Part shown: piece after piece, positions 45,585-59,310 of the stretch
Numbering within the stretch: the first letter of the stretch is position 1
Layout of the letters: each line of letters opens with the position of its first letter
Source of the DNA: Microthyrium microscopicum
Lineage: Eukaryota
Assembly: GCA_010405405.1 (NCBI GenBank)
Contig: MU004236.1
Span: 855,457 to 919,456 of the forward strand
Reading direction: 5' to 3'
DNA length: 64,000 bases
The notes under the pieces: generated by a model
Database searches by the model: none
Told to the model about the DNA's origin: nothing
The model's input: only the letters and a program-made list of their open reading frames with translations
Program-made: the position numbers and the translations under genes

Positions 45585-46056
45585 GCAAGTGTAGGGATTG
45601 GCTGTAAGACGGGTACCCGAAGATATTATGTAGAACCTAGTAGTAGACAGAACTAGACATTAGAAACACGAGACTTGATTCGTATGACTGCTGCCCAGTA
45701 GGTTATCGGATGTCAAGTCTTTTAACAATAGTGACTCCAGGTGCAGCACGAACACATGTATAACTTTGTATTTTAAAAAGCTCAAGACCAACAACTTTCT
45801 AGCATTTAGTATGTATAATGATATAGACAAGAATGGTACCAACCCAGATCCGACCCTTGTGCTTTCCTTGAATCATAGATTCGTAGCTGCACGCCGCCGA
45901 TGTCGTTCGACTAACGTCACTTCACCTTCAAATTTTCTTTATTAACCTTAGAACTGAGCCATTTTATATCATCAAATCGTCCGGATAAATTGCCAAAATA
46001 GCTCCAGTGGCCCTTCAAAGCGATCAAATATAACAACGTTTGCGACATTCGACACA

Positions 46057-47274
46057 ATGGCACCACAGGTAAGCCGTCAGACTCCATGACTGCCATACGT
46101 TGGCTAAGAAGGCCCATAGAATCTTTCCTTCGTCCTGAAAGAGCCCGGAAGTGTGATATATGAAGATAGACCAGTCCCAGAAATTGGTAATCCTCGCGAT
46201 ATAATCGTTGAGGTCAAATGGACTGGTATATGCGGCAGTGATGTACAAGTCCAGCTTACCTGCCGTTCAGTATCAAATTCTTACGTCGTGCTTTTTAGGT
46301 ACACTACTGGGTGGATGGAGGCATCGGCTCATTCAAGCTCAAAGCACCCATGGTGCTCGGCCATGAATCCGCTGGCGTTGTTCATTCTGTCGGCGACAAG
46401 GTCACTACTCTCAAAGCAGGCGACCGTATATGTGTCGAGCCTGGCATTCCATGCCGCTACTGTACTCGCTGCCGTGAAGGCCGGTACAATCTCTGCCCGG
46501 ACATGCGCTTTGCGGCCACTCCACCATACGATGGCACGCTGGCCAAGTATTTCCGCGTGCCGGAGGACTTTTGCTACAAGCTGCCTGAGCACGCTAGCTT
46601 GGAGGAAGGCGCGCTGATGGAGCCTACCAGTGTTGCGGTCCACGTATGTAAGCTAATTGGCGTAGAACCTGGCAAGAAGGTTGTCATCTTTGGCGCAGGG
46701 CCGGTCGGTTTGCTGAGTTGCGCTGTAGCGAAAGCGTTGGGAGCAACGACCATTGTGAGCGTGGATATCAACGAGGATCGAGTCAAGTTTGCGCAAGAGT
46801 ATGCGGCGAGCCACGTATTTCGGCCGAGCAAAGACGATGATGCCGAAACCAATGCAAAGAACTTGGTGGAGCAGTGTGGTCTGGGACTTGGTGCCGATGC
46901 TGTGATTGATGCTACAGGAGCGCCCCCTTGTATACAGATGGGTATCCACGTTTTACGCGCTGGTGGAGTGTATTGTCAAGCTGGAATGGTAGGTCACCGC
47001 GAAGCGATGAAAGACTGATTCTGATAACGCATTCTAGGGGGCTCCAGAGGTCAATTTTCCAATCATGACCATGTGCTCCAAGGAGCTGACGGTGAAGGGA
47101 TGCTTCCGCTACGGTCCTGGTGACTACGCAATGGCAGTGAACCTGTTGTCATCTGGAGCCATTGATGTTAAGAAGCTCATAACACGAAAAGTCAAGTTTG
47201 AAGAGGCAGAGGAGGCTTTCAAAGACGTCAAGGCTGGTAAGGGCATCAAAAGTCTGATCGCTGGGCCAGAATGA
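46057..47274 (+). CDS. Zn-dependent xylitol/sorbitol dehydrogenase (D-xylulose reductase-like, MDR family)
   Basis: Introns 46069-46119, 46243-46298 and 46989-47037. Motifs NLSFVL, TGICGSDVHYW, LGHESAG, structural Zn C..C..C.GRYNLC, FAATPPYDGTL, GAGPVG and GCFRYG. Confidence 0.93.
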
Positions 47275-50200
47275 GACAAGTCAAATTGTTTGATGAGTTT
47301 GACACCTGCGTAAATAAAGATATTTGGTGTAGTGTATGGAAGGAATTTGATAAATTAGCAAAGCAATATTTAGCAGTATCTAGAAACATCAGTAATCAGA
47401 GTAAGGTAGTGAGCAACTATGCCCAATAGTTAGCATGATATTTCCTAGAGTGACTTTCTAGCCGCCAGTACATTAAACAAAGTATTCATTTTCTGTTTCA
47501 TCTCCTAGACTAGGGAGTTCTTTCGACAGCCTACCTAAAAATGAATTCTATTCAGACATCTGCTCTGACTCTTTCTTCATATACAATAAAGCAGTGTCCA
47601 TTCAGCCCAGAAACCATCAGGTCCTCCAAAGTGTTCCCGTGAACCTGTGGTGATTGGACTGAAGCCAGTGAGAAGCACATGTTCTTGAAAAATTCATGCG
47701 ACCACTTTGGGCGGTCAATGTGTACTCCATATATCATACTCTTATTACTGTGAATTGCCTGGTCAGGAACTGAAGCTACATGCTGTGACTGGCAAGGCCC
47801 AACTGATTCACAAACAGTCGGAAGTACAATCCCAGCAGGCTGGAACGGTTCTGTAAGTCGTAGAATCTGGTTCAGAAAGATATCATTGTGCCTGGTGAGT
47901 CAAGTAAACACGTCGACATTACCATTCAATGTTCTGACCGCTGTCTAACCAAACGTCCAAACCTATAACGGTTGAAGGCCTAAAATGTTGAGATCGCATT
48001 CAATGGCTGCTGTCTTCCAGCGCTCGAATGTTATGAAGACAGGCTCTACATGAATCACAAGCACCATGACTACAGGAACTGACGTGAATTGTCCCCCTCG
48101 ATTCAACAAACAAGTCAGTGAGCAAATCATCTCGATTGCTGGTCTATCTATCACTGGTACAGCCTATCTGTATTCTGCCCGAGGGAGCGATGACAGGCCG
48201 TGCTACACTGCGATTGACGAGTACTTTCATGGATCGGAATGAGTTGTATTGTGGAAATGGTAGATGGCTCTCATCGTTGTAGTTAGCTCTTTTGTGCTGC
48301 ATACAGTCGGAGCTTTGCAGCAAATCAGCAAGTTCTCCATCGAGGGAGCGAGAGACTTCAGCTGGCCACATTCGTAGATCAGTTCGTCATCCTTGTATGT
48401 AGAATACGAATCTCGTTCATCTGGGCGCATTCGGTACCGGTATATTAATACTCTCTAGCTTGCAGTCACTACCCAACCGCGATTTTCGTCGTCGCCTTGG
48501 GATTATGCCTCTTCAAGTAAAGACTCAAGGAGTTGTTTCACAATAGATAATAGATAAAGGGCTAGGTAAATCTATAAACTGATGCTGGACTAAGCAACAA
48601 TGGCGCCTGCCGCACTGTTGGGGAACCAGAATACTCCGTATTGCAGATCATTTCCTCAAGCAAAGCGGTTAAGTCAGTTGCCGAATGGCTTTTATCCTAC
48701 CAACAGAATTTCCGATGATCTTACGGTATTAGCTCCAGATGAATGATCAGCAAAGAGGCTTGTTCAACGGTTTTGGCAATTGTGCATTCACGCTTGACAT
48801 CAACACTTCAACGTTGAACAGCAAGACGTCAAGAATGATAGCTTATGAGACATGTTCCGGCAATGCTCGTTGATTGGTGTGTTCGCTCAACGGCCGCCCT
48901 GTAATAACGAATGTGAATTTGGCGACCTTACCATCAACATCAATATCATAGTCACTTGTGCTTTGATATACGACTCAGCTTAAATCTCTGCTAAACTCCG
49001 TTTTCGGAATTAGTTTAAGCATTAGGAATAGATCAATAATAGTAGTCAGGAGTTTTTTGCACTGCCTATTTTACACGATGGATCTCTCTTGGCCCAAGTT
49101 CCTGTAGCTCAGAGCCGGTGAGCCGTAAAGCGGTCGTCAGGCTTTAACGGTCGAGTTGACGGCCACTTGCGTCCTCCCGCTGCAGCTCTTGCATCGACCA
49201 CTAATTTCCTCGAGCGCCAACTTGCCAACGTCTGGCAGAGTGGAGACAAAACAGGCTGCCCAATGCGCGTAAGGCAAGGAAAGTTAAACCCCCTTAGAGT
49301 GGCGTATTCTGGTCGGCGACTTGGCAAGCTACCCTGGAGCAGTAGTCTTGCAAGTAGAGAACACGATCAGGTTCGTGAGATTTTGATAGTGAACTACGTT
49401 CTGATATTTGCTATCCATACGAGCCTTACGATCGTCTCACTATGCTGGCAGTCCGAAAGTTTTCGGAGTTATATAATGCTGGATCCTAAACTTTTCTGGG
49501 GTACCCAGCAACTTACAGGCCTGATGGACCAGATACGATACTGCCGCTGAAAACGCGCGAGGATTGCTGGACCGCAAAAGTACATCTTTTTTCAAGCTAT
49601 CGACGCCTAAAGCAAAACAAGAGTGTCTGGCATTTGAAGTCAGCATAAGCCTAGCATTACGAAGCCACACATTGAACAATGGACCTCACTGCGTTTCCTG
49701 TGCGACCAGGACTCTGGCAGGCTGCCTGATTGCATCTCATGATCTTGGAACTCCAAATACCTCGTAGATCTGTTCATGGGTCCCTTGAATCCCAACAGGA
49801 GAGGTGTACAGGCCCTTTTCGCTTCCGGCGGTCCGCTACCTTGAAATCCTCACATACCCTGACTTTCGCTCCCTGGTCGCAAAACGCATAGGCCCCGCAA
49901 CCTGGGACTCGGATTACGGTTGGTTGGTGAAGATTAAAAAAGAACATCCGTACAGCGCAATGCTGAGCAACAGAGATGGGCCCAGAAACTCTATCCGAGC
50001 GACTTGCATCGTTGTATCGCGTCGCTGGAGCGTTAACGCGGACGCATTTTCGTTGCACAAAGCCGGTTTTCTCAAGGCGAATTATATGGTATTGACGAGT
50101 AATGGGATATTGTTGGACCTTGGTCTAACATTACGATGCTGTGTACCATCGTACATACCGTCGCCTTGGAATGTCCAGCGGTTCGGCTACAGTTCTTCCG

Positions 50201-53200
50201 CTGCAGTACAAAGGGTGCTATTTCAGTTTATGTGACGACCGTTTGTGTACTTTTCACCGCCAAATAGTTGAATGCCACTTGATTTCAGGGGCTTGAGTAC
50301 GCAAGGCGTACTCCGTAGGCCGAGTACTCAAGTCTTAATGACCCAGTAGGTTGCACTCAGCCTGATGCTATCTATGCCAAAGTGGAGGATGTCATCTGGT
50401 TAAATGCAATAGCTCACCGCAGAAGTTTATGGTCATTTATTGAGAAACGAGTGGAGAATCCCAATATTGTGGTTAGGTGGAAGGTAGGTCGATCTGTTGG
50501 CAGTTGGCACTTGGAACTGCCCGACCCGTAACGGTGCACAGGAAAGAAATGAACGAGGACAACGTAAAGGTGTGTTACTCGACAGTCACAGCATCATGAT
50601 GCATGATCCAGCGTTTCGGGTGCGTTCCCATTGGGCTCCATATCCTCAGCGTAAGCTCAAAAGAAAAGTGAATCGAGTGCGATTGTACTGGCGATACCAA
50701 CCAGATGTCAAAGCCAAAAACACTTCAAGACGCAGACGTTTTAACAGTCAAGACAGTCAACATGCGTTTTGTTTTATCACCCTTATTCTGTAAAAGCTTC
50801 AATCGGTGTAAAGTCCTTCCGTCTGTCGATATAACCAAAGTACAAGTACGTATCGGGGGTTTCGTACATGGACGCGTGAAAATTACAAGAAAAGATCGAA
50901 CCTAGATGGTGGAAAGCCGATAGTTTCTCACCGACACTAAGCCTAGCTGAGCAATGTTTAACGAATTGGCGTCAAGCCCAGGCGGACGTTGAGATTTGTG
51001 TACGCCAGAAAAGCAAAAATCGATAGAGATTCAACCCCAGATCCCAGGCCACGCCACAAAATCAAGGAGACGTTTGGTCGTCGTTGTTCAGCCGCCTGCG
51101 CATGAAGAGACTTCGTTCGGAGTCCCCGGTGGTGGCGCTTGGGGTATCAATGAGGCTCACATATCAACTCATTACGGCAGCTCTGTAAATTGTAATATGG
51201 TACCTAGGGCGATTGTTCAACGAAATGGACCTGGTCGATATAGAGGGGGGATACAAGAATGATCCGCCGATCTTGATAATCATCCATAATCTTGATTTCG
51301 GGGTTCCAGCTGCACATCCAAAATCTCTAGGTATTATTTGGCTCACGATTTTATTCCTACAGCATTATGACATTGTGGGGAAACATAGCAAGGATATCCA
51401 GAATAAGTATAGCGATGCTGGATCTGGCCATACAAAAGCAATTTTGGGATAATTAATTGGCTTGTTTTTCTCCGTTTGACACCTGCATGTTAACCAAGGC
51501 CACTAAACCCGGCACGGCGTAGACCAGTCACTGGGAATAAGAGATAGGCCAGTCATGTTTTCTTGAGGCTGGAGCAGGGAGCCTGGTAGATCTGATGTGT
51601 ATGATCCCTGAGCCGGATCAGTAGATTATAGAAAGCTTAAATGTTCCCATCATGTCAATATAATATGCAGAAGTTGGATAGAGGAAGGGATGAAGTTAAG
51701 TGGCAGTTGAAATCAAAGTTTCAAGATCCAGCTCTGCCAGCCTGAAGCTGCTTGAGATCGAACAGCCAAACCGATGAGGACAAAAGCGGAGCAGCGAGGG
51801 TAATCGTTTTCCTCGTTGGGAGACAGGAGATGCGCTACTGCAAGCCTCTCGTCTCTTTCTTCCTAACTGAGTGCGTCCCGAGCTGTCGGCTCAACGTTGG
51901 TTGCAACGGTCTGGCACGGACAGCGATTCGCGAAAGATCAGCAGAGGCCCGCTGCGTCTACGGTCTCCATTGCTGCCAGCGTTCACTGAATGCAAGATAT
52001 CATTCAAGGATAGATGGCCCAACATTTCGTCAAAAGCAGCTCAACTGCAGGACCTGCTTAGGTATGCAATTTGCAGCTCCAACCCCTAATCGGTGTTCTT
52101 TCTCTCATAGCTCCTTTATGTGCAGTTTCCATCTGGAGAATTGAAAGCAGATGCGAAAAAGAAAGCCTTGCCAAGTTCCAACACTTGAAAGTACAAGGGG
52201 AAGGCTGGCCACGATCCAATGCAGACCGGGACAGTGCCAGGATCCAGGACAGACTAGAAACTCAACACCATATGCAGCAGAGCACAGCTTGGTCGAAGCA
52301 AGCCTCTATCCAGCCAACGCCAGCCCATCACAGTCGACCTGACGCATGCCAGGGCCTGGTATTTGAATTAACTTGCAGACCTACGATTGGCTCGTCTACC
52401 ATTTAAGCCTTGCCCACCCAAGCTGTTGGCGCTGAGCATTGGTGACGCTTAACCCCCTTCCTCCTTGGGCCTCTCACAGCGTCGTTGAACTGTTTCTAAG
52501 CTTTGCGCGTTCCGCTCTCCGCTATTTCATCAATCAGAGTCTACGAAAGCGACCCCAACGAGCGCCAAATCAGTCAATCATGTATGTCCAGTCCATCGAC
52601 CAAACGATTACCGGCTCCCGTCACGACAAGGCCCCACCCCTTGTTGTCGTTCCAATAAGCTGGGCCTGGACCGTTTGGAAAGAACCTCTGTCTCGACTCT
52701 CAAGCTCCTTTTTGCAGGTCAGTTTTGTTACCTGTACTTTGCATTTCTTCCGGAGACCAATAGACATCGGAGGCCTGAGATGTGTACCACCCGTTGCCGT
52801 ATGCTTGGGTCCGACAATTCCATCATGCAAAGTTTTGTACCATCGAAAAACTGTTTCTCCTGCTCCTGTAACAAAATAGAATCAACGGCGTATTTTCACC
52901 GCACATAGAAAGTCAGCGTGTAAATCGGGAGCGTCCTATCGGTACACCCCGCGGCGTGCCGTTTTTTAGTGGCCGTTTTGTCCAATGTTTCGTTTCTTGC
53001 ACAACCAAACTTCTAGTATTATTCGATATTGCTGGTTCAATCAATCAAACATGAAGGACACCCGCTATCATCATACAACAAGTAAGTATTTAGACTTGAA
53101 AGGAATCTATCCAGTCGTATGATGAAGCGTGAAGGTCCAGGTGGACGATAGCACTTGGCACTAACAAGTATCTTGTTCATTTTTAATGGCCTGATAAATT

Positions 53201-55126
53201 TGCTTTTGCGTGCTCATGGATTCCTACGTTCTTTTCCTAACCATGCCCTGGAAATGCTGATGTGATTTGAGGCGAAAGCCGAGAGTCGAATTTGGAGCAT
53301 AGACTTGACTGCCAACGGTTGACATCGCTCATACTTTCATTCACTCCACAAATGCCATCAGAGCCACAATCTTACTAACGCAGGCCCTACAAAAAGAAGT
53401 AAAGTCCTGGACTTCAGAGAGACACTTGCAGATACCGTATTTGTTTTGCGTCCACCAAGCAATTGAAACGTCAAGAAGTGGGGTTCCCATTGAGAGGCCT
53501 GGCGCGTCTTTACGGGGAGAATGCACAAAGACAGCTGAACTTGGCGATAAAATGTTCACTAAACATGGGCATACTCCTGTGCTCTATCAAGCCGCGTATC
53601 TATTCCACCTGATTGGAATTCTGAGCACCAGGTAGGTGGAGTCCTGGGGCGATAGCCAAGTTACGCCTCCAATTCTTCTACGACAAACTTGTCAAACGTT
53701 CGACAAACACATTCGAATCATCATCGACCGTTCAAGGATCCAGCGGACAGGCGCAGCGAAGAAATGCTCCGTTCAGCTTCCACAAGTTGAAGTTGCACCC
53801 TGGAGGGCCTGGACTAAGTTTGGTAAAATGAGACCGTAATTCTTTTTCCAAAGTTGAGACATTCAATTCCTAGAGAGTCATGTCCATCTTAGAACCCGGA
53901 CTCCATCCGAAATTCCGGGCATCATTTGCGGCTTCGCGATTGGATATACTTTCTATTGCAAGCTGAATTATGATTAAACCTATAACTTGATTGTGAGGAT
54001 ATTCCAGTGGCAGCAACATAGCTTTTTCAAGATGAAGTAAACGGACAGGCAGACTCATGTCTATATCTTCTCGCCTCCGACAATAAATGCCAATAGTGCT
54101 TAGGTAGACAGAAAGCAGGGTTAAGCGTACCCCAACTCTACTATTTCCCTTTATGGGTATCTTATTCGGAAAGCAGGACTCGACAAGGCTCCTCAGAGGC
54201 TCAGACAGGTGTTTGGTATTAAGGGGGATCTTGTTGGTGCTGTGGTGAGTTCGTGCCACAGTTGTCACCATCGTGCTTGTCTCCCTATTCTTGTTTCCGT
54301 AGTAGTGGCTTCGAGCGTGCCATCAGCAACTCATGGCTTGTGGTAATAAGTCTAGCAAAACCCCCCCAATCCAAGAGCAGGGTCTCACTTCCACCCACGC
54401 ATCTGCGCCATTGGCGCGAGAGTGAAGTGGATCGGTGGCTTTCGCATCAAATGTCAGGATGGACTACAATCCGCTCAGTGCGTCAGGCTGTACCACTACC
54501 CGCCCGTCCTCCCGTCGAGAACCTGGGTCTATTACCAGGAAAATACGCCTCTTCATCCTGCAGTCCACAGTCTGCCAGCGCAAGCAGGCTGGCTTACGAT
54601 GCGCGAAAGAGGGCTGCTGAGCGAGATCTGCGATATATGCCCCAGTATCCTTCTGATCATCTAAACCCGTTTTCTAGCTCTTCTTACGACACCCTCCCAA
54701 CAACAAAGTCGCCTCTGTTACTCCTTTTTCAAGAAAGTTGTGATCATCTGGCCATTCCTCCATGAGAAGTTATTGACCCAGGTCGCCAATATCTACACTA
54801 CTTCTCCTTTGGCACTTCCGAGCTCACCGTTCTCGGAATTCCGTGTTCCCATTCAACGAAAATTAGGAGAACTGGAGATTCTGCAGCTAATTGACCAAAT
54901 CTCTGGCAAAGGATCTACATTTTAGTCTGACGGGCAATCGTCCTTAAGAGGTCCACTGACGTCTTCACTTTTGTGTCGACTTCCTGTTGACATTCTTATA
55001 CACCAAGGCCACCACTGACTCAACACTGTATCGGACTGACTTCCCTAAGGATATCTCCGCGGATCAACGTGTTCTACAATCACTTCAACCTCTCACTCAC
55101 CACACTCATACCCTTCATTGCCACTC

Positions 55127-56041
55127 ATGATGGCAATGATTACTGACCTGAGGCCAATGGGCAACATGTATGCTTACCCAACACCTTCCATGATCTCTAC
55201 CAACATCCTCCAACAACCCGAGAAGAAAGGACCATGGAGTTTAGAAGAGGATCGATGCGTGTGCTATCTTCATCAGGAGTATCTTGAGCTTCATGGCAAT
55301 CAAAGTCCTGCTTGGCCGGAGATTGCAAGAGACATGGGCATCCGATATGGTCACCGGCGGACAGCAAAACAGTGTCGTGAACGATACACTCAAAGCTTGA
55401 GACCTGGACTCGATCGTAGCCCCATCAGTTCCGGAGAGGGCGAGCTCATAATGGACCACGTCGGTAGATTCGGTAACAACTGGGCTGAAATTTCGCGACG
55501 ACTAGGCAACCGCAGCGATAACATGATCAAAAACTGGTACAACAGCCAAAAGAAAGTACGGAATGACAAGAACCGTGTCAGTAAGAAGAACACTCGGGCA
55601 GCAAAGCGCAGCCATCAACTACCTTCGCCAGCCTTGACTTCATCTTCATCAAACAGCCGCATGTCGCCGCATTCCACAACCTCATCAATTGGATGGAACA
55701 GTGACAGGCGACAGAGCCTTGTACTCCCGCCAATCGATCGTCAACTTCCACCTCCATCTGCCTTGCTGCCGCAACCGTCACCGTACCATACACATTCGAT
55801 GCCATCGCCAAGTGGCCCAGTAACGCCTGGTCTAGCACCAAGTCCGACTACATTTGGCTACTTCAGTCACCTTCCAGCGCCAACTTCTCCAAATGGGTAC
55901 AACGGCCATTTCGAAAGCGGATCACCAAGCGGACTCTCGCCAGGCTCGTCCCGTCCTACGCCTCTTCAGCCGGCGTTCACTCCAGCCCAGCCGACTCAGC
56001 CAGTCACTGACCGGTTTTTATTCAGCATGCTCAACCACTAA
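55127..56041 (+). CDS. Myb (R2R3-type) transcription factor, FlbD-like
   Basis: KKGPWSLEED...W.EIA...RTAKQCRERY...L.PGL.R.PIS..EG..I...V...GNNWAEISRRLGNRSDNMIKNWYN, followed by a Pro/Ser-rich tail. Intronless. The exact ATG is uncertain because there are several Met codons. Confidence 0.88.
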   Translation: MMAMITDLRPMGNMYAYPTPSMISTNILQQPEKKGPWSLEEDRCVCYLHQEYLELHGNQSPAWPEIARDMGIRYGHRRTAKQCRERYTQSLRPGLDRSPISSGEGELIMDHVGRFGNNWAEISRRLGNRSDNMIKNWYNSQKKVRNDKNRVSKKNTRAAKRSHQLPSPALTSSSSNSRMSPHSTTSSIGWNSDRRQSLVLPPIDRQLPPPSALLPQPSPYHTHSMPSPSGPVTPGLAPSPTTFGYFSHLPAPTSPNGYNGHFESGSPSGLSPGSSRPTPLQPAFTPAQPTQPVTDRFLFSMLNH

Positions 56042-56904
56042 GCATTCATATCAATCGTTTGAAATCCATGAAGGCTGAATTGTCTCATTTTATAATATTT
56101 TACTGGTGTGGGCAGTCTTTCAGCCTTGTTCGGTCTGTGGCGTTACGGGATTTGCGTCTTTGCGAAGATACCCCAATGGGAAAACGAATGACCAGGAAGC
56201 ATAATATCCTGAGAGCAGACGACTTACTAAAGTCAAATATGCCCATATACGTGCGATGTCTCATAATGAATATAATTAATACAATGAATAAAACAACGAG
56301 TAACTTTTGAGTCAAATCAGTCTCCAAAGTAAAGTAATCACGATTTGTGCTCGTATGAGCCTCGCGATTCGCGTCATGGTCAAAGCCTCAATGCCTTGAC
56401 CGAGAGAAATGCGCACTGGTAGTGGTAGATAAGCCACGGAAGGTTTGCCCTGTAAAATGCGATGCGCTGGATGAAAGCGGGATATATCAAAAATAAATTT
56501 TCAGTGATTATTTAGAAGTTGAGTTGGCAAGCATCCCGTGTCGCGTACCTCGACCAGTTGACGCGCTTTGCATCCATGCATCCAAATTTCATCCCCGTCA
56601 CCATTCTGCAGACTTTCACATTCACTAATTGAGATCTTTTCAATCCTGCGTTTCTGACAAGTGCCGTCTGGCATCATACTCTTTTGGTCAGCAACGAGTG
56701 TTTACCATCGCACGATGTGCAAGTGCTACTCTAGACTTTAGAGTACATCCAAGACTCCTGCAACCTTTGAAGCTGGCATACTGCTTTAGCCATTACCGTC
56801 GCAATGGTCCTCGACTGGCCTTGAACGAACGGCCTTCATCTCCCTCTCATTCTCCCGAATACCCTTGAACTGCAGTAATTCATTGAGACAACTGGACGGC
56901 GACG

Positions 56905-59310
56905 ATGTTCTTATTCAACTTGCCTTTCAGGCGATGGTCTCGCATTGCAAAGGCCCAGCTACCACAGCTAAACTTCATCACTTTGCACTATCTCTACTTT
57001 ATTGTAACAGGTCTCGTCTCTGGTCTCATTTTCTGGGGCTCTTCAACCCCTTCTAGGAGTATTCCATTCGCCGATGCTCTTTTCTTGTGCATCTCTGCCA
57101 TGACTGAAGCTGGTCTCAACACAGTCAATCTGTCGACACTCAACACATGGCAGCAGATCATTCTCTTCCTATTGATCATGATGGGCTCTTCAATTTTTGT
57201 TTCCATTTCCGTCGTCCATGTTCGACGTAAAGCCTTTGAAGAAAGGTTCTTGACTGAAGTTCAAAAACGGAAGCGCATGGGCACACGAATCCGGAGAACG
57301 TTCAGTCGAGCCCGTAGCGCATCTATTTCGCGTGGACCAACACATGCAAACAAGGACGAAGATCGAATCGAAGAAACCAGTTCAGAAACGAATGGTGATC
57401 AGGGTCCATCAGAAATGAACAACCATTTGGCGATATCAGATTCTTCGAGTCCCAATCCAGCCATCGATTATACGCAGACGCAAAAGCCACTTTCATCTCA
57501 CGGAACGAAGGAAGCCACAAGTCTACCAAGAGATGATCCAGCTGTTTCATCTCCGCCAGTCAGCCAGTTTGCGGGGCCAGTTGCTATGAGCAGGGGCGCC
57601 GTTATCAACGATGCATTGTCCACAACGCCCGTGTCTGATCATATCGCTTTCAGCGATGATACTCGGTTTCGGGATACCCGCTCACACAAGAGTGTACATA
57701 GGCGCTTATTCGACATGAGTGGAGTAGGAGCTCAACCCCATCGAGGATTCAGAGATTCCACACCGAACCTCCCTACACAACGCGGACACCGGTTCTCCGT
57801 CGCCTTACCATCAAACGACGTCGAAAGTCAGCATAGAATCAGAGGCCTAGGTGAAGTTGGCCGGAACTCAACCTTCCACCATTTGGATTTTGCAGAGAGA
57901 GAGCGTCTAGGTGGTGCAGAGTATAAAGCTGTACTCTTCCTTTCCTGGTTGATTCCAATATACTTTGTTGGTCTTCAATTGCTTGGCTGTCTTTCGATGG
58001 GCGCATATACCAGTGTATACTATTCCTCACTCACGAAAAGCAACGGACTCAACCCTTGGTAAGTTGAAATGATGCTCGCTAACATGCAGTACCATACCGG
58101 CTACCTTTATTGACTTCTGACAGGTGGGTTGGCGCCTTCAATGCGGTATCCGCGTTCAACAATTGTGGAATGTCTTTACTCGATGCCAACATGGTCGCTT
58201 TCAACAAGGATGTCTTTATCCTCTTAAGCCTTGGATTCCTTATTTTGGCTGGATTCACGTGTTTTCCAATCTTTCTTCGACTAGTCATATGGACATTACA
58301 CAAAATACTTCCTCGGGACGACAAATGGGCAGCACGAAGAGATACTCTACAATTTCTCCTGATTCACCCACGTCGATGCTTCACTCACCTTTTCCCTTCC
58401 CAGCACACTTGGTGGCTTTTCTGGAGCGTTGTTGGTCTTGACGGCATCGATTGCATCATGTTTGTTATTTTGAATGTGAGATTATACAGCTTTACTCATT
58501 AGAAGTATGACATGGCTGACACTGATTAGATCGGAAACAACAGAATCACAAGACTCAAAGCCGGATATGAAGTGCTAGACGGCCTATTCCAAGCACTCGC
58601 TGTGCGGGCAGGGGGCTTCTACGTCGTGTCTATTGTAGATACTCGTATTGCTCTACAAGTCCTCTATGTCGTTATGATGTACATTTCTGCATACCCCATT
58701 ACAATATCCATCAGAAACTCCAACGTCTATGAAGAGAGAAGTCTTGGAATCTACGCTGATGAGCCTGGTGACCAAGAATCAGGTCAAGCCGAAAAACCCG
58801 TCTCGTGGCTTGAAACAGAAGTTCTTGGTCCAGCTAACGCCTCGTCCCGAAGATACTTTGTTCAACAACAGCTTCGTGCACAGCTGGCTCATGATCTTTG
58901 GTGGTTGGCCCTGGCTATCTTTCTGATTATGATTGTCGAGGGAAGTAGTTTCCTGAGCGATCCAGCCACCTTCTCGGTATTCAATGTCGTCTTTGAGACC
59001 GTATCTGGTAAGAAATTGACCCCTTCCCTATAACATAAGACTAATTACTTTTTCTTCAATAGCGTATGGCACGGTTGGCATATCTGTTGGAGTGCCAAAT
59101 GCAGCGTACAGCTTCTGTGGCGCTTGGCATAAGCTCAGCAAGCTCATCCTCATTGCTGTGATGCTACGTGGTCGACATAGAGGACTCCCTGTGGCAATCG
59201 ACAAAGCTGTGTTACTTCCTAGGGATCATTTAAACACGCTTGAAGACGAAGACGCGCGGATTCGAAGAGAGGGAACGTCAGCAACTGTGCTGCCATCACC
59301 GACGGCATGA
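56905..59310 (+). CDS. Trk-family potassium uptake transporter
   Basis: Introns 58059-58123, 58476-58529 and 59008-59062. Four pore loops with Gly: SAMTEAGL, SAFNNCGM, AVRAGGF and SAYGTVGIS. Also LNFITLHYLYF, HPRRCFT.LFP and MLRGRHRGLP. Confidence 0.94.

Noticed and set aside
53115..53195. TGATGA...CTGA pair in the gene-free region
   Set aside because: No recognisable rRNA guide and no D'/C' boxes.
47552..54925. Numerous 60-170 aa ORFs in the gene-free region
   Set aside because: Many start at non-ATG codons, and none shows a recognisable domain or a coherent exon chain.
58059..58123. Possible stwintron in Trk intron 1 (internal GCTAAC..CAG at 58089 would recreate a GTACCA donor)
   Set aside because: The two component introns would be only 31 and 35 nt, and the product would be frameshifted. 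A single intron restores the conserved NPWW.
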